Source of the DNA: Minisyncoccota bacterium
GTDB lineage: Bacteria > Patescibacteriota > Minisyncoccia > Minisyncoccales > JAGOPM01
Assembly (NCBI GenBank): GCA_041651395.1
Contig: JBAZJI010000001.1
Location: 251,920 to 315,919 of the forward strand
DNA length: 64,000 bases
Direction: 5' to 3'
The position numbers and the translations under genes were made by a program. Shown in pieces: positions 52,578 to 61,565 of this stretch; positions within the stretch are counted from its first letter, which is position 1; each line of letters begins with the position of its first letter. The notes beneath the pieces were generated by a model. The model was not told the DNA's origin, did no database searches, and saw only the letters and a list, made by a program, of their open reading frames with translations.

Positions 52578-54155
52578 ATGAAAAAAATCTTATCAGTTAT
52601 CTTCTTGGCGGGAATATTTTTGGGAGGAGGTATTTTGGCGGCGGAAGATTTGCTCAGTGGTTTTACTTATAATAAAACCAAAGTCAGCTATGACTCGATA
52701 AATAAAGTTTATTACGCCACTGGGCCCAATAACAGCCAAATATCTTCAGAAACAGTTTCGGGCATTAAAAGCGCCCTCGACCGCCTGGGTCAGCAAAAGA
52801 CTTTAGCTCAAGAAAGCAGCGGTATTTATACTGATATTAACCATGACAGTTTTGGTATTCATTTGATAAGCCCAAAATATGATATCAAAACCAAGAAGGT
52901 GACGTTCGGCTATAAAATGATTTCTAATAATCCCAAAGCCGAATATTATATAAAATTAGGCTATCACTCCGAGCGGAACCTTAATAATGTTTCAACCATT
53001 CAGAGAATAGAACAAAGCCAATACATTATTACCCATCCAGGGAAAACCAAATATTCGGTTAAGGATGGCGGCACAGTCATGGTTTCTACGGTTTTTAATG
53101 GTTTGATGCCCAATGAAAGCATTTGTATTGGCGCTACGGCCTTTAATGTTGAGGGCGGGCTAGCCATAGGTTCAGATGATGTTTGTTTGCCTTTTTCCCC
53201 AGTTCCGGAGTTTTATTACTTCACTAAAAAAGACACTAAAAATCCCGTAATTAATGGGCGGGTGAATGCTTGGACTAGCGATGAATATGAATTGCTAGTG
53301 GAGTATTATGGGGATAATATTGCTAAGAAGGAGATAAGCTATGGCAAGCGCAAGGGCTCTCAGGAATTCAGTATCCCATTGAAATTTAATGTTTCGCCCG
53401 GCCAAAAATATGAACTAAGAGTTTTTACCCGGCAGAAAAGGCCGTGGCAAAGCTTACCCATTGAAAATAGCACGGAATATGTGTATTTGATACCTGACAA
53501 ACCCACCCCGACGAATTTGAGTGTTTTGTGTAGCAATGCCATCACTGAAGGGTATAAAGTCAATGCGGATCGGGCTTATGCGATTGCTAAAAAGATTTCC
53601 CAATATTTGCCGATTAGGCCGGAATTTTTAGCCGCGATTTCCGCCCAGGAGACAAAGCTTGGCCGGGATATGGGCGGTTATGCCATCGGGAATTGCTCTC
53701 CCTCCATAAGATCCGATCGGCAGGATTTTTACTACATCTGCGATAAGGCGCCCATACCTGCTAGCAAGTGTCGAACAATGCCTATGTCGTATAATTGTGC
53801 AGTAGGGCAGGTGCAATTTATTCCCTCCACCTATCGTTCTAAAATGGAGGCCACGGCCGCTTCAGCCAAATATATCTTTGGCGTGACAACGGCCAAATAC
53901 AGCCCCTTTAATGTCTGCACCAATTTTGTTGCGGCAGCCAAGTATCTGATTGCTTTAGGGGCAAACAAAAAGACAGAATATGCGGAGAATTTGGCCGCTT
54001 GCCGTTATTGGGCCGGGCCTAACTCTGGTATTGGTTCGGTTTGCGAATATTCTACCCAGATGAGCCCTCGGCGGGCATGCTTTCAGAAGTTTGCCAAAAA
54101 TCTTAAATTGACTAAGGATTGTTATGATGATCTTTACGGCTGGTATGGGGAATAG
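52578..54155 (+). CDS. secreted lytic transglycosylase paralog (SLT/MltB-like)
   Basis: It starts 2 nt after the previous stop and has a signal peptide (MKKILSVIFLAGIFLGGGILAA). The catalytic region is EFLAAISAQETKLGRDMGG ... CAVGQVQFIPSTYRS. The N-terminal AEDLLSGFTYNK parallels AEDVFAYKNFT of the upstream paralog. Confidence 0.65.
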   Translation: MKKILSVIFLAGIFLGGGILAAEDLLSGFTYNKTKVSYDSINKVYYATGPNNSQISSETVSGIKSALDRLGQQKTLAQESSGIYTDINHDSFGIHLISPKYDIKTKKVTFGYKMISNNPKAEYYIKLGYHSERNLNNVSTIQRIEQSQYIITHPGKTKYSVKDGGTVMVSTVFNGLMPNESICIGATAFNVEGGLAIGSDDVCLPFSPVPEFYYFTKKDTKNPVINGRVNAWTSDEYELLVEYYGDNIAKKEISYGKRKGSQEFSIPLKFNVSPGQKYELRVFTRQKRPWQSLPIENSTEYVYLIPDKPTPTNLSVLCSNAITEGYKVNADRAYAIAKKISQYLPIRPEFLAAISAQETKLGRDMGGYAIGNCSPSIRSDRQDFYYICDKAPIPASKCRTMPMSYNCAVGQVQFIPSTYRSKMEATAASAKYIFGVTTAKYSPFNVCTNFVAAAKYLIALGANKKTEYAENLAACRYWAGPNSGIGSVCEYSTQMSPRRACFQKFAKNLKLTKDCYDDLYGWYGE

Positions 54156-54200
54156 GGTTTTGACTTTTAAGGTTAAATTTGCTAAAATTCATTGTAATAT

Positions 54201-55232
54201 ATGGACAAAATGGCAATCGAAGAACTGAAAAAGCAGTTCGAAATTGATTTGGAAAACGTAAAAAGCTCCGGCGATTTGGCCGCGGTTTTTAACAAATACC
54301 TGAGCAAAGAAACAGGCTTGGTAACGAAAATTTTGCGTGGCTTAAAAGATTTGTCTGCTGAGGAAAAAGTAGCAATCGGCGGACTGGCCAATAATTTGAA
54401 TAAACAAATCAGGCAAGCGCTTTTTGAAAAAGAAAATAGTTTGAAAGCGGGCCAAATTTCTGTAAAAAAAATCGATGTTACTGTCCCGGTCAAGAAGAGA
54501 ATCAAAGGGCACATCCATCCGCTGTCCCGGGTTCTAAAGCAGGCGCAGGAAATTTTTGAGCAGATGGGTTTTGCCATAGTGGATGGACCGGAGATTGAAA
54601 CACCTTGGTATAATTTTGATGCGCTTAACATTCCCAAAGACCATCCGGCTCGCGATAAATGGGATACATTTTGGTTGAAGGATAAAAGTATTAAGGGTGA
54701 GCCATTGCTTTTAAGGACGCACACCAGCCCGATGCAGGTGCGCTATATGGAAAGCCATAATCCGCCATTGCGGATAATTGTTCCGGGTAAGGTTTTCAGG
54801 CATGAGGCTACTGATGCCAGCCACGAATTTGATATTTGCCAGATTGAAGGCCTGATGATCGGCGAGAACATTTCGGTAGCTAATTTGAAAACCGTTATTT
54901 TGGAGTTTTTGAAAAAGTTTTTTGGCCGCGAGGTGAAAATTCGTCTCCGTCCCAGTTTTTTCCCTTTCACCGAGCCCAGTTTTGAAGTGGATATGAGTTG
55001 TTTGACGTGCGGCGGGAAGGGTTGCCCGGTTTGCAAGCAAAACGGTTGGGTAGAAATCATGGGCGCGGGTATGGTGCACCCCAATGTTTTTAATTCCGCC
55101 AAGCTTGATTTGCGCCAGTGGCAAGGTTTTGCTTTTGGCATGGGGGCCGACAGGCTCGCCATGATGAAATACAAGATTAATGACATCAGGCTTTTTAGGC
55201 AGAATGACGCGAGATTTTTAGAGCAGTTTTAA
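54201..55232 (+). CDS. pheS: phenylalanyl-tRNA synthetase alpha subunit
   Basis: It has HPLSRVLKQAQEIFEQMGF, the class II motifs FRHEATDASHEFDICQIEGL, and GFAFGMGADRLAM. Confidence 0.92.
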   Translation: MDKMAIEELKKQFEIDLENVKSSGDLAAVFNKYLSKETGLVTKILRGLKDLSAEEKVAIGGLANNLNKQIRQALFEKENSLKAGQISVKKIDVTVPVKKRIKGHIHPLSRVLKQAQEIFEQMGFAIVDGPEIETPWYNFDALNIPKDHPARDKWDTFWLKDKSIKGEPLLLRTHTSPMQVRYMESHNPPLRIIVPGKVFRHEATDASHEFDICQIEGLMIGENISVANLKTVILEFLKKFFGREVKIRLRPSFFPFTEPSFEVDMSCLTCGGKGCPVCKQNGWVEIMGAGMVHPNVFNSAKLDLRQWQGFAFGMGADRLAMMKYKINDIRLFRQNDARFLEQF

Positions 55233-55284
55233 GTTTTTAATTTCTAAAAAGGATTATTCGATGTTAGCAACTAGATATTAATAT

Positions 55285-57339
55285 ATGAAGTTTTCTTATA
55301 ATTTCCTCCAATCTTATTTCAAGAAAAAGCTGCCCCCGCCCGAAAAATTGGCGCAAGAGATTGCTTTGCATGTTTTTGAAATCGACGGACTGCAAAAACA
55401 AGGTAAAGATTTTGCCATTGATATTGATATTCTTCCCAATCGGCCGGATTGCTTGTCGCATGTGGGGATTGCTTGGGAGGTGGCCGCTATTTTGAATCAA
55501 AAAATCACCTTAGTTGCGCCCAAGCTTAAAGAGGACGGCAAACTCAAGGTTAACAGCTTCCTTTCTGTCACTTCTGAAGATAAAAAGGCTAATCCGCGTT
55601 ATTGTGCACGGGTAATTACTGGGGTCAAAGTAGGCCCCTCGCCGCGTTGGCTCTGTGAGGTTTTGGAAACCTGCGGCTTGCGCCCGATTAATAATATTGT
55701 CGATGCCGCTAATTATGTGATGCTACAATATGGTCAGCCTTTGCATTGCTTTGATTATGACAAGATTGTAGGTCGCACTAAAAAAGAAATAATTGTCCGC
55801 TATGCCAAGAAGGGAGAGAAAATTTCTTGCCTTGACGATAAGGAATATTCTTTGAATGAAAGAATTCTGCTTATTGCTGATGCGCAAAAACCTTTAGCCA
55901 TTGCTGGCATCAAGGGCGGCAAAGCAGCAGAAATCGATGCCAATACTAAAACGGTTGTCATCGAATCGGCCAATTTTGAGCAACACTTGATAAGGGGAGC
56001 GTCGCGCGATTTAGGTTTGCGCACCGATGCTTCTTCTCGTTTTGAACACGGTTTAGACCCGATGTTTGCCCAGACTGGCGCCAATGCTTTGGCTGAGCTT
56101 ATCTTAAAAGTGGCGGGCGGCAAATTGGTAACAGGTATGATTGATACGGCTAAAACTAAAGAAAAAAAACAAACAGTTCGCTTAACAATCGAAAAAGTCG
56201 CCAAAGTATTGGGGATAAATGTGCCGGAAAAAGAAATTGTCGCCACTTTAGGTCGCTTGGGTTTTGCCTGCAAAAAGGTTAAGCCCGGGGTTTTGGATGT
56301 CGGCGTTCCATTTTGGCGGCAGGATATCGAGTGGCCGGAAGATTTAATCGAGGAGATAATCAGAATTTGGGGTTATGAGAAAATCGAACCGCAATTTCCC
56401 AAAGAAATTGTTGCGCCGGCTCACCAGATTGACCAATTTGTCTGGCCTAATGTTTTGCGCCAAGAAATGAAAGCTTTGGGCTGGCTAGAAACGATTAACT
56501 ACAGTTTTATCGGCGAAGATGATAATAAGAGTTGGCTCCTAAAAGATGAGGATCTTATTTTACTTGAGAACCCTCTCTCTTCGGAGTTTCGGGCTTTGCG
56601 CCCCCGTTTGCTTATTAATTTGGTAAAGGTTCTTGCAGCCAATCAAACCGCAACAGAGAATCTGCGTTTTTATGAAATCGGCAAGGAATTCCGTCGCCAT
56701 GGCAAGCTTATCGATCAAGCCAAGGATGAATGCATAATTTTTGCCGGTGTTTGCGCTAAACCCGACGCCCACGAAGCATTTTTAGAGGCGAAGCAGGCAT
56801 TAAATGCGAGTTTGGAGGGTTTGTCAATTACTGATATCCATTATATTCCTTGCCAAGAAGCTCCGGACTCTTATGTTTTAGGCAATTGCGCCATAATTGA
56901 AACCGAAGGGCAAAAAATCGGCTTTTTGGGGCAGCTGAATCCCGAGGTTGGTAAGCGTAGGGGCCTCAATCAGAACGTTGCCGCCTTTGAAGTTGATTTT
57001 GCCGCGATTTGTAAATTGGCGGATTTTGACAACCAATATCAAGAAGTTTCCCGTTTCCCCTCAATTGTCCGCGATCTTTCCGTTTTAGTTCCCGAGGAAA
57101 TTTTGGTGGATAATGTTATCTTCGAAATACAACAGGGGGCCAATGCTTTTGTTAAAAATGTGGAGCTTTTTGATATTTATGAAGGAAAAAATAATCCATC
57201 TGGCAAAAAATCGCTTTCTTTCCATATAATCCTGCAGTCCAAAGAGAAAACTTTGTCCTCGCAGGATGCCGATAATGTTTTGAATAATATTATCGCCAGA
57301 ATTAAAGCAAAAGGGTGGGAGATAAAAGGGAGGGATTAG
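55285..57339 (+). CDS. pheT: phenylalanyl-tRNA synthetase beta subunit (short form)
   Basis: It has a MKFSYNFLQSYF start, B3_4/B5 blocks (NNIVDAANYVMLQYGQPLHCFD) and a C-terminal FDX-ACB-like domain. At 684 aa it lacks the N-terminal tRNA-binding domain. Confidence 0.88.
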   Translation: MKFSYNFLQSYFKKKLPPPEKLAQEIALHVFEIDGLQKQGKDFAIDIDILPNRPDCLSHVGIAWEVAAILNQKITLVAPKLKEDGKLKVNSFLSVTSEDKKANPRYCARVITGVKVGPSPRWLCEVLETCGLRPINNIVDAANYVMLQYGQPLHCFDYDKIVGRTKKEIIVRYAKKGEKISCLDDKEYSLNERILLIADAQKPLAIAGIKGGKAAEIDANTKTVVIESANFEQHLIRGASRDLGLRTDASSRFEHGLDPMFAQTGANALAELILKVAGGKLVTGMIDTAKTKEKKQTVRLTIEKVAKVLGINVPEKEIVATLGRLGFACKKVKPGVLDVGVPFWRQDIEWPEDLIEEIIRIWGYEKIEPQFPKEIVAPAHQIDQFVWPNVLRQEMKALGWLETINYSFIGEDDNKSWLLKDEDLILLENPLSSEFRALRPRLLINLVKVLAANQTATENLRFYEIGKEFRRHGKLIDQAKDECIIFAGVCAKPDAHEAFLEAKQALNASLEGLSITDIHYIPCQEAPDSYVLGNCAIIETEGQKIGFLGQLNPEVGKRRGLNQNVAAFEVDFAAICKLADFDNQYQEVSRFPSIVRDLSVLVPEEILVDNVIFEIQQGANAFVKNVELFDIYEGKNNPSGKKSLSFHIILQSKEKTLSSQDADNVLNNIIARIKAKGWEIKGRD

Positions 57340-57482
57340 GTTATAATTTAGAAGTCACAATCCGGAATTTAATTATAAATTCAAAAGTTAGAATATAGGG
57401 CAGACTTAATTACTTTTAATTTTAACTTCCGGCTTATGTCTTATGGCTTATAGTTTCAGCGACAAATTATAAATTATTTTAT

Positions 57483-59414
57483 ATGGCGAAAGACGAAACA
57501 AAACCGAAGAAAGAATCATATACAGCTTCCGATATTTATGTGCTTAAAGGATTGGAGCCGGTGCGCATGCGCCCAGGCATGTATATCGGATCAACCGGGC
57601 CCGACGGTTTACACCATTTAATTTGGGAAATCGTGGACAATTCCATTGATGAGGCAATCGGTGGCTATGCCAAAAATATTACCGTAACGCTTTTACCAAA
57701 TAATCGTGTTGCCGAGGAAGATGATGGCCGCGGTATTCCCGTGGATATTCATCCCCAAACCAAGAAATCTGCTTTGGAGACAATTTTGACTACCTTGCAT
57801 GCCGGCGGAAAATTTAATAACAGTGCTTACAAAGTTTCGGGCGGTCTGCACGGCGTGGGCAGCTCGGTTGTCTGCGCTCTTTCGACATGGATGCGCGCCG
57901 AAGTTTGTCGTGATGGTTATAGGTATTTCCAAGAATATAAAATTGGCAAGCCGCAGGGGCAGGTAGAAAAAGATGGCAAGTGCGGGGACAAGCATGGAAC
58001 CAAGATTTATTTTGATGCTGATCCGACAATTTTTCCGGAAATCAAATACGACGCCAAGAAAATTTTGCAGCATTTGCGCCAGCAGGCTTATTTGACTTCT
58101 GGAGTCAGGGTAAAATTTATCGACGAGCGTAAGGAGGAATCTTTTGAATACACTTTTTATTTTGAAGGGGGGCTAAAAGCCTATTTGAGGCATATCACCC
58201 GCGGCGAAGAGATTTTGCAAAAAGAGCCATTTTATGCCAAAGGCGTAAAAAATGATATTGAAGTAGAGGTGGCTTTGCAATATACACAGAACCGTGAGCC
58301 GTTTGAAATTTCCTTTGCCAATAATATTCATACTGGGGAGGGCGGCACACATTTGGCGGGTATGCGTGGCGCATTGACACGTTGCCTGAATGATTACGCA
58401 CGTAAAAATGGTTATCTGAAGGAAAATGAAGATAATCTGACCGGGGACGATGTACGTGAAGGTTTTAATGGTGTCGTTTCCATTAAAATTAAAACCCCGC
58501 AATTCGAAGGCCAAACCAAAGCCAAATTAGGAAACGTGGAGGCCAAGACCGCGGTGGAGCAAGTGGTTTCCGAGGCTCTAGCCGATTTCTTAGAGCGCAA
58601 TCCCAGTGATGCCGGCTCAATTATCGATAATTGTTTACTGGCGGTGCGCGCCCGCAAGGCAGCTAAGGCAGCGCGGGAAACGGTTTTGCGCAAGGGAGTT
58701 CTGGAAGGGCTTTCGCTTCCCGGTAAGCTTACCGACTGTTCGAGCCGTGACGCTTCGGAATCTGAGCTGTATATCGTGGAGGGAGATTCAGCCGGTGGCT
58801 CGGCGAAAATGGGGCGCGATCGCAAATTCCAAGCCGTCCTTCCTTTGCGCGGAAAGATTATGAATGTGGAAAAAATGCGCTTGGATAAAATGCTTGATTC
58901 GCGCGAAGTAAAGTCTTTGGTTTTGGCTTTAGGGACTTCTATTGGCCAAGATTTTAATATTGAAAAATTGCGCTACCACAAAATTGTCATCATGACCGAT
59001 GCCGACGTGGACGGTGCGCATATCAGAACTTTGCTTTTGACATTGTTCTTTAGGCATTTCCCGCAACTGATAGAAGCCGGGTATATTTATATTGCCCAGC
59101 CGCCCCTGTATAAAATTTCTAATGCCCGAATTGCCGAGTATGCTTACTCGGATATAGAAAAGGAGCAGAAGCTAAAGAAATTGGAAAATGAGAAGGGAAT
59201 TTCTATCCAGCGTTATAAAGGTTTGGGAGAAATGAACCCTGAGCAATTGTGGGAAACAACCATGGATCCGGCTACCCGCTCTATGTTGCAAGTAACCATT
59301 GATGATGCCATGGAGGCGGATAAGATATTTGATGTTCTGATGGGGGAGGATGTGCCCAGCCGCAAGCGCTTTATCCAAACCCAAGCGCAATACGTTAAGA
59401 ATTTGGATATTTAA
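57483..59414 (+). CDS. gyrB: DNA gyrase subunit B
   Basis: It carries LEPVRMRPGMYIGST, EIVDNSIDEA, LYIVEGDSAGGSAK, IMTDADVDGAHI and QRYKGLGEM motifs. Confidence 0.95.
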   Translation: MAKDETKPKKESYTASDIYVLKGLEPVRMRPGMYIGSTGPDGLHHLIWEIVDNSIDEAIGGYAKNITVTLLPNNRVAEEDDGRGIPVDIHPQTKKSALETILTTLHAGGKFNNSAYKVSGGLHGVGSSVVCALSTWMRAEVCRDGYRYFQEYKIGKPQGQVEKDGKCGDKHGTKIYFDADPTIFPEIKYDAKKILQHLRQQAYLTSGVRVKFIDERKEESFEYTFYFEGGLKAYLRHITRGEEILQKEPFYAKGVKNDIEVEVALQYTQNREPFEISFANNIHTGEGGTHLAGMRGALTRCLNDYARKNGYLKENEDNLTGDDVREGFNGVVSIKIKTPQFEGQTKAKLGNVEAKTAVEQVVSEALADFLERNPSDAGSIIDNCLLAVRARKAAKAARETVLRKGVLEGLSLPGKLTDCSSRDASESELYIVEGDSAGGSAKMGRDRKFQAVLPLRGKIMNVEKMRLDKMLDSREVKSLVLALGTSIGQDFNIEKLRYHKIVIMTDADVDGAHIRTLLLTLFFRHFPQLIEAGYIYIAQPPLYKISNARIAEYAYSDIEKEQKLKKLENEKGISIQRYKGLGEMNPEQLWETTMDPATRSMLQVTIDDAMEADKIFDVLMGEDVPSRKRFIQTQAQYVKNLDI

Positions 59415-59415
59415 G

Positions 59416-59445
59416 GAAAAATCCCGAGCAATCGGGATTTTTTTA
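59416..59445 (+). terminator. rho-independent terminator of gyrB
   Basis: ATCCCGA-GCAA-TCGGGAT is followed by TTTTTT. Confidence 0.85.
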
Positions 59446-59454
59446 TAAAAATAG

Positions 59455-59476
59455 AGCCCCGAATTGCTTCGGGGCT
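59455..59476. terminator. second hairpin, likely terminator of the convergent minus-strand operon
   Basis: The hairpin is AGCCCCGAA-TTGC-TTCGGGGCT. It has a T-rich flank on the minus strand. Confidence 0.65.
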
Positions 59477-59498
59477 TTGTGTTGTTTGGTGAATATCC

Positions 59499-59702
59499 TC
59501 ACTCAAGAGGGATGATATAGTGGACTTCTGGCTTGTGAAAATCTTTGGCAAGGGGACTTATCGATTTTTCGTCTTCGTATATTCTCTTGGCTTCGATCAG
59601 CGCATCATTTTTATTTTGTGCTTTGAGCTCAAGGTGTTGGAATGTTGTTTGTTTCTTGAAATAGCCAAAGTGATAAAATACCAAATACCATTTTCCTTTC
59701 AT
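59499..59702 (-). CDS. small hypothetical protein (67 aa)
   Basis: It has the SD AAAGGAGAAGG upstream on the minus strand and is flanked by a terminator. It is unrecognised. Confidence 0.5.
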   Translation of the reverse strand: MKGKWYLVFYHFGYFKKQTTFQHLELKAQNKNDALIEAKRIYEDEKSISPLAKDFHKPEVHYIIPLE

Positions 59703-59719
59703 TCTAGCCTTCTCCTTTC

Positions 59720-59971
59720 TTAGTGTGCGAACTGTATCCTGGCATTTTTTCTGATGATCATTTTGAATTGGAATAGAAGATGGAGCTTTCTGAAAGTCTT
59801 AGCATATTTGCTCAGAATCCAGAAACCAATAGCCAATACAATGATGAAGGCGAGGCCGGAGAATGCAACATCTATCCACTTTCCAAGAATTGCGTATCCA
59901 AGTCCTTTGAAAACGGAAATGCCAGCAATGGCGCCGAACACAAAAGCAACAACTGTTCTAAAATAATTCAT
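59720..59971 (-). CDS. small membrane protein (83 aa, two TM helices)
   Basis: The SD AGGAGG lies 6 nt upstream. The hydrophobic segments are VVAFVFGAIAGISVF and AFSGLAFIIVLAIGFWIL. Confidence 0.55.
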   Translation of the reverse strand: MNYFRTVVAFVFGAIAGISVFKGLGYAILGKWIDVAFSGLAFIIVLAIGFWILSKYAKTFRKLHLLFQFKMIIRKNARIQFAH

Positions 59972-60157
59972 ATCATTCCTCCTATGGAATTTTTAAGTCC
60001 AAAATCCTTCTGGAAATTGGGGTAATCGCTTTTTGATTACATATATATTATAGCATAAAATTGTCTAAAAATCAATGGGCGGAGATTCTAAGAAAATCAA
60101 GGTGTTTTGGGCAGTATAACTTCCAGCGGCCTTGATAATACTGTGGTTTTGGCGTTA

Positions 60158-60186
60158 TTGACAAATATGGCAATATTGGCTATTAT
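60158..60186 (+). promoter_or_regulatory. promoter, TTGACA-17 nt-TATTAT, upstream of secE-nusG-rplK
   Basis: The hexamers and spacing were read directly from the sequence. Confidence 0.6.
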
Positions 60187-60216
60187 TTAGCAAGAGCCTG
60201 CGGGCTTTTTTAAGAT

Positions 60217-60420
60217 ATGGAAAAGAAAGGTTTTTGGGAAAGTTTGAAAGCGTATTTTTCCGATGTTAAAGCCGAGGTCAAAAAAGTGACTTGGCCCACC
60301 CGTTCGGAAATAATCAAGGACACTGTCGTGGTCTTGGTTTTTGCGTTTGCATTCGCGGCCGTTTTAGGTGGCTTGGATGCTTTGTTTCGCTTTGCAATCC
60401 AAAAATTTATAATCCATTAA
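60217..60420 (+). CDS. secE: preprotein translocase subunit SecE
   Basis: This is a 67-aa protein with KVTWPTRSEIIKDTVVVLVFAFAFAAVLG, located directly upstream of nusG. Confidence 0.85.
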   Translation: MEKKGFWESLKAYFSDVKAEVKKVTWPTRSEIIKDTVVVLVFAFAFAAVLGGLDALFRFAIQKFIIH

Positions 60421-60424
60421 AAAT

Positions 60425-60970
60425 ATGGCAAAACAAGAGCTTCAACAAGGCAGAAATTGGTTTGTAATCCATACCTATGCTGGCTATGAAGAGGCTGTTG
60501 CCAAATCACTTTTGCAGAGGGTTGAAAACCTCGGCATGCAGGATAAAATTTTTAATGTTTTGGTCCCGCACGAAAAGAAGGTGAAAATTAAGAATGGAAA
60601 GCGCAAAGTTGTGGAGGAAAAGATATATCCCGGCTATGTGCTCGTAGAAATGATGGTAACTGACGATTCTTGGTACGTGGTGCGCAATACGCCTAATGTT
60701 ACTGGGTTTGTCGGCAGCTCCACTACGCCTATTCCGGTGAGTCCGCAAGAAATTGAAATTCTCAAAAAGAGAATGGGCGGAGAGAATCCGGAATTTAACA
60801 TCGATTTTGAGCTTAATGAAAGGGTTAAAATTGTCGACGGAATATTTAAGGATTATGACGGCAAGATTTGCGAGATCGACAACGAACACGGCAAGATAAA
60901 AGTGTTAGTTAATATGTTTGGCCGCGATACCCCAGTGGAATTGGATACCTTACAGGTCAAGAAATTATAA
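60425..60970 (+). CDS. nusG: transcription termination/antitermination factor NusG
   Basis: It has WFVIHTYAGYEEAV (NGN domain) and a C-terminal KOW (VKIVDGIFKDYDGKICEID). Confidence 0.92.
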   Translation: MAKQELQQGRNWFVIHTYAGYEEAVAKSLLQRVENLGMQDKIFNVLVPHEKKVKIKNGKRKVVEEKIYPGYVLVEMMVTDDSWYVVRNTPNVTGFVGSSTTPIPVSPQEIEILKKRMGGENPEFNIDFELNERVKIVDGIFKDYDGKICEIDNEHGKIKVLVNMFGRDTPVELDTLQVKKL

Positions 60971-60996
60971 TTTAGTGAAATTGAAAGAGAAATAAT

Positions 60997-61425
60997 ATGG
61001 CTAAGAAAATAAAATCAATTGTAAAGCTTGCTATCAACGCTGGCGCCGCCAACCCCGCACCTCCAATCGGTCCGACTTTGGCACAACACGGTATTAACAT
61101 TGCTGACTTCTGCAAGAAGTTTAATGATGCTACCCGCCCGCAGATGGGATACAAAATCCCGGTTGAAATTACGGTTTTTGAAGACCGCACCTACGAATTC
61201 AAACTCAAACAGCCCATTTCTTCCCAGCTGATTAAGAAAGCCATCGGCTTAGAGAAAGGATCCGGTGAGCCCAATAAGCGCAAAGTGGGCAAGATAACCA
61301 TGAAGCAAATTGAGGAAGTAGCTAAGCGCAAGATGGTGGATATGAATACTGATAATCTGGAATCTGCCAAAAAGACCATTGCTGCTACTGCCAAAGCCAT
61401 GGGACTGGAAGTCATTGATAAATAA
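60997..61425 (+). CDS. rplK: 50S ribosomal protein L11
   Basis: It contains KLAINAGAANPAPPIGPTLAQHGINIADFCKKFN and is 142 aa long. Confidence 0.95.
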   Translation: MAKKIKSIVKLAINAGAANPAPPIGPTLAQHGINIADFCKKFNDATRPQMGYKIPVEITVFEDRTYEFKLKQPISSQLIKKAIGLEKGSGEPNKRKVGKITMKQIEEVAKRKMVDMNTDNLESAKKTIAATAKAMGLEVIDK

Positions 61426-61443
61426 TACTCGCTAAACTCGAAG

Positions 61444-61464
61444 CCCGCCGCAAGGCGGGTTTTT
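61444..61464 (+). terminator. rho-independent terminator after rplK
   Basis: CCCGCC-GCAA-GGCGGG is followed by TTTTT. Confidence 0.85.
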
Positions 61465-61565
61465 GTGTGCAAAATTGACAGAAATTTTATATATTTTATT
61501 TTGCGTGTGTGGATAACTTGCCTGTTGGTTTAAGGTCATTGGCTTGCTAGAATAACGGCACGTGT

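Noticed and set aside
24461-54155. Diversity-generating retroelement targeting the giant surface proteins
   Set aside because: No reverse-transcriptase-like ORF is present in the window. I saw no non-coding template repeat matching a C-terminal variable region.
23564-54200. Island as a tRNA-integrated mobile element
   Set aside because: The island begins next to a tRNA cluster. However, I found no integrase, recombinase or transposase ORF. I also found no copy of a tRNA 3' segment at the distal end (54155-54200) that could serve as an att repeat.
54182-55186. Minus-strand ORFs of 137-180 aa
   Set aside because: They are antisense to pheS, which is unambiguous.
57340-57482. Possible replication-origin features upstream of gyrB
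   Set aside because: The spacer is AT-rich and contains a repeated ATTATAAATT. No DnaA-box-like TTATCCACA motifs are present, and neither dnaA nor dnaN is adjacent.
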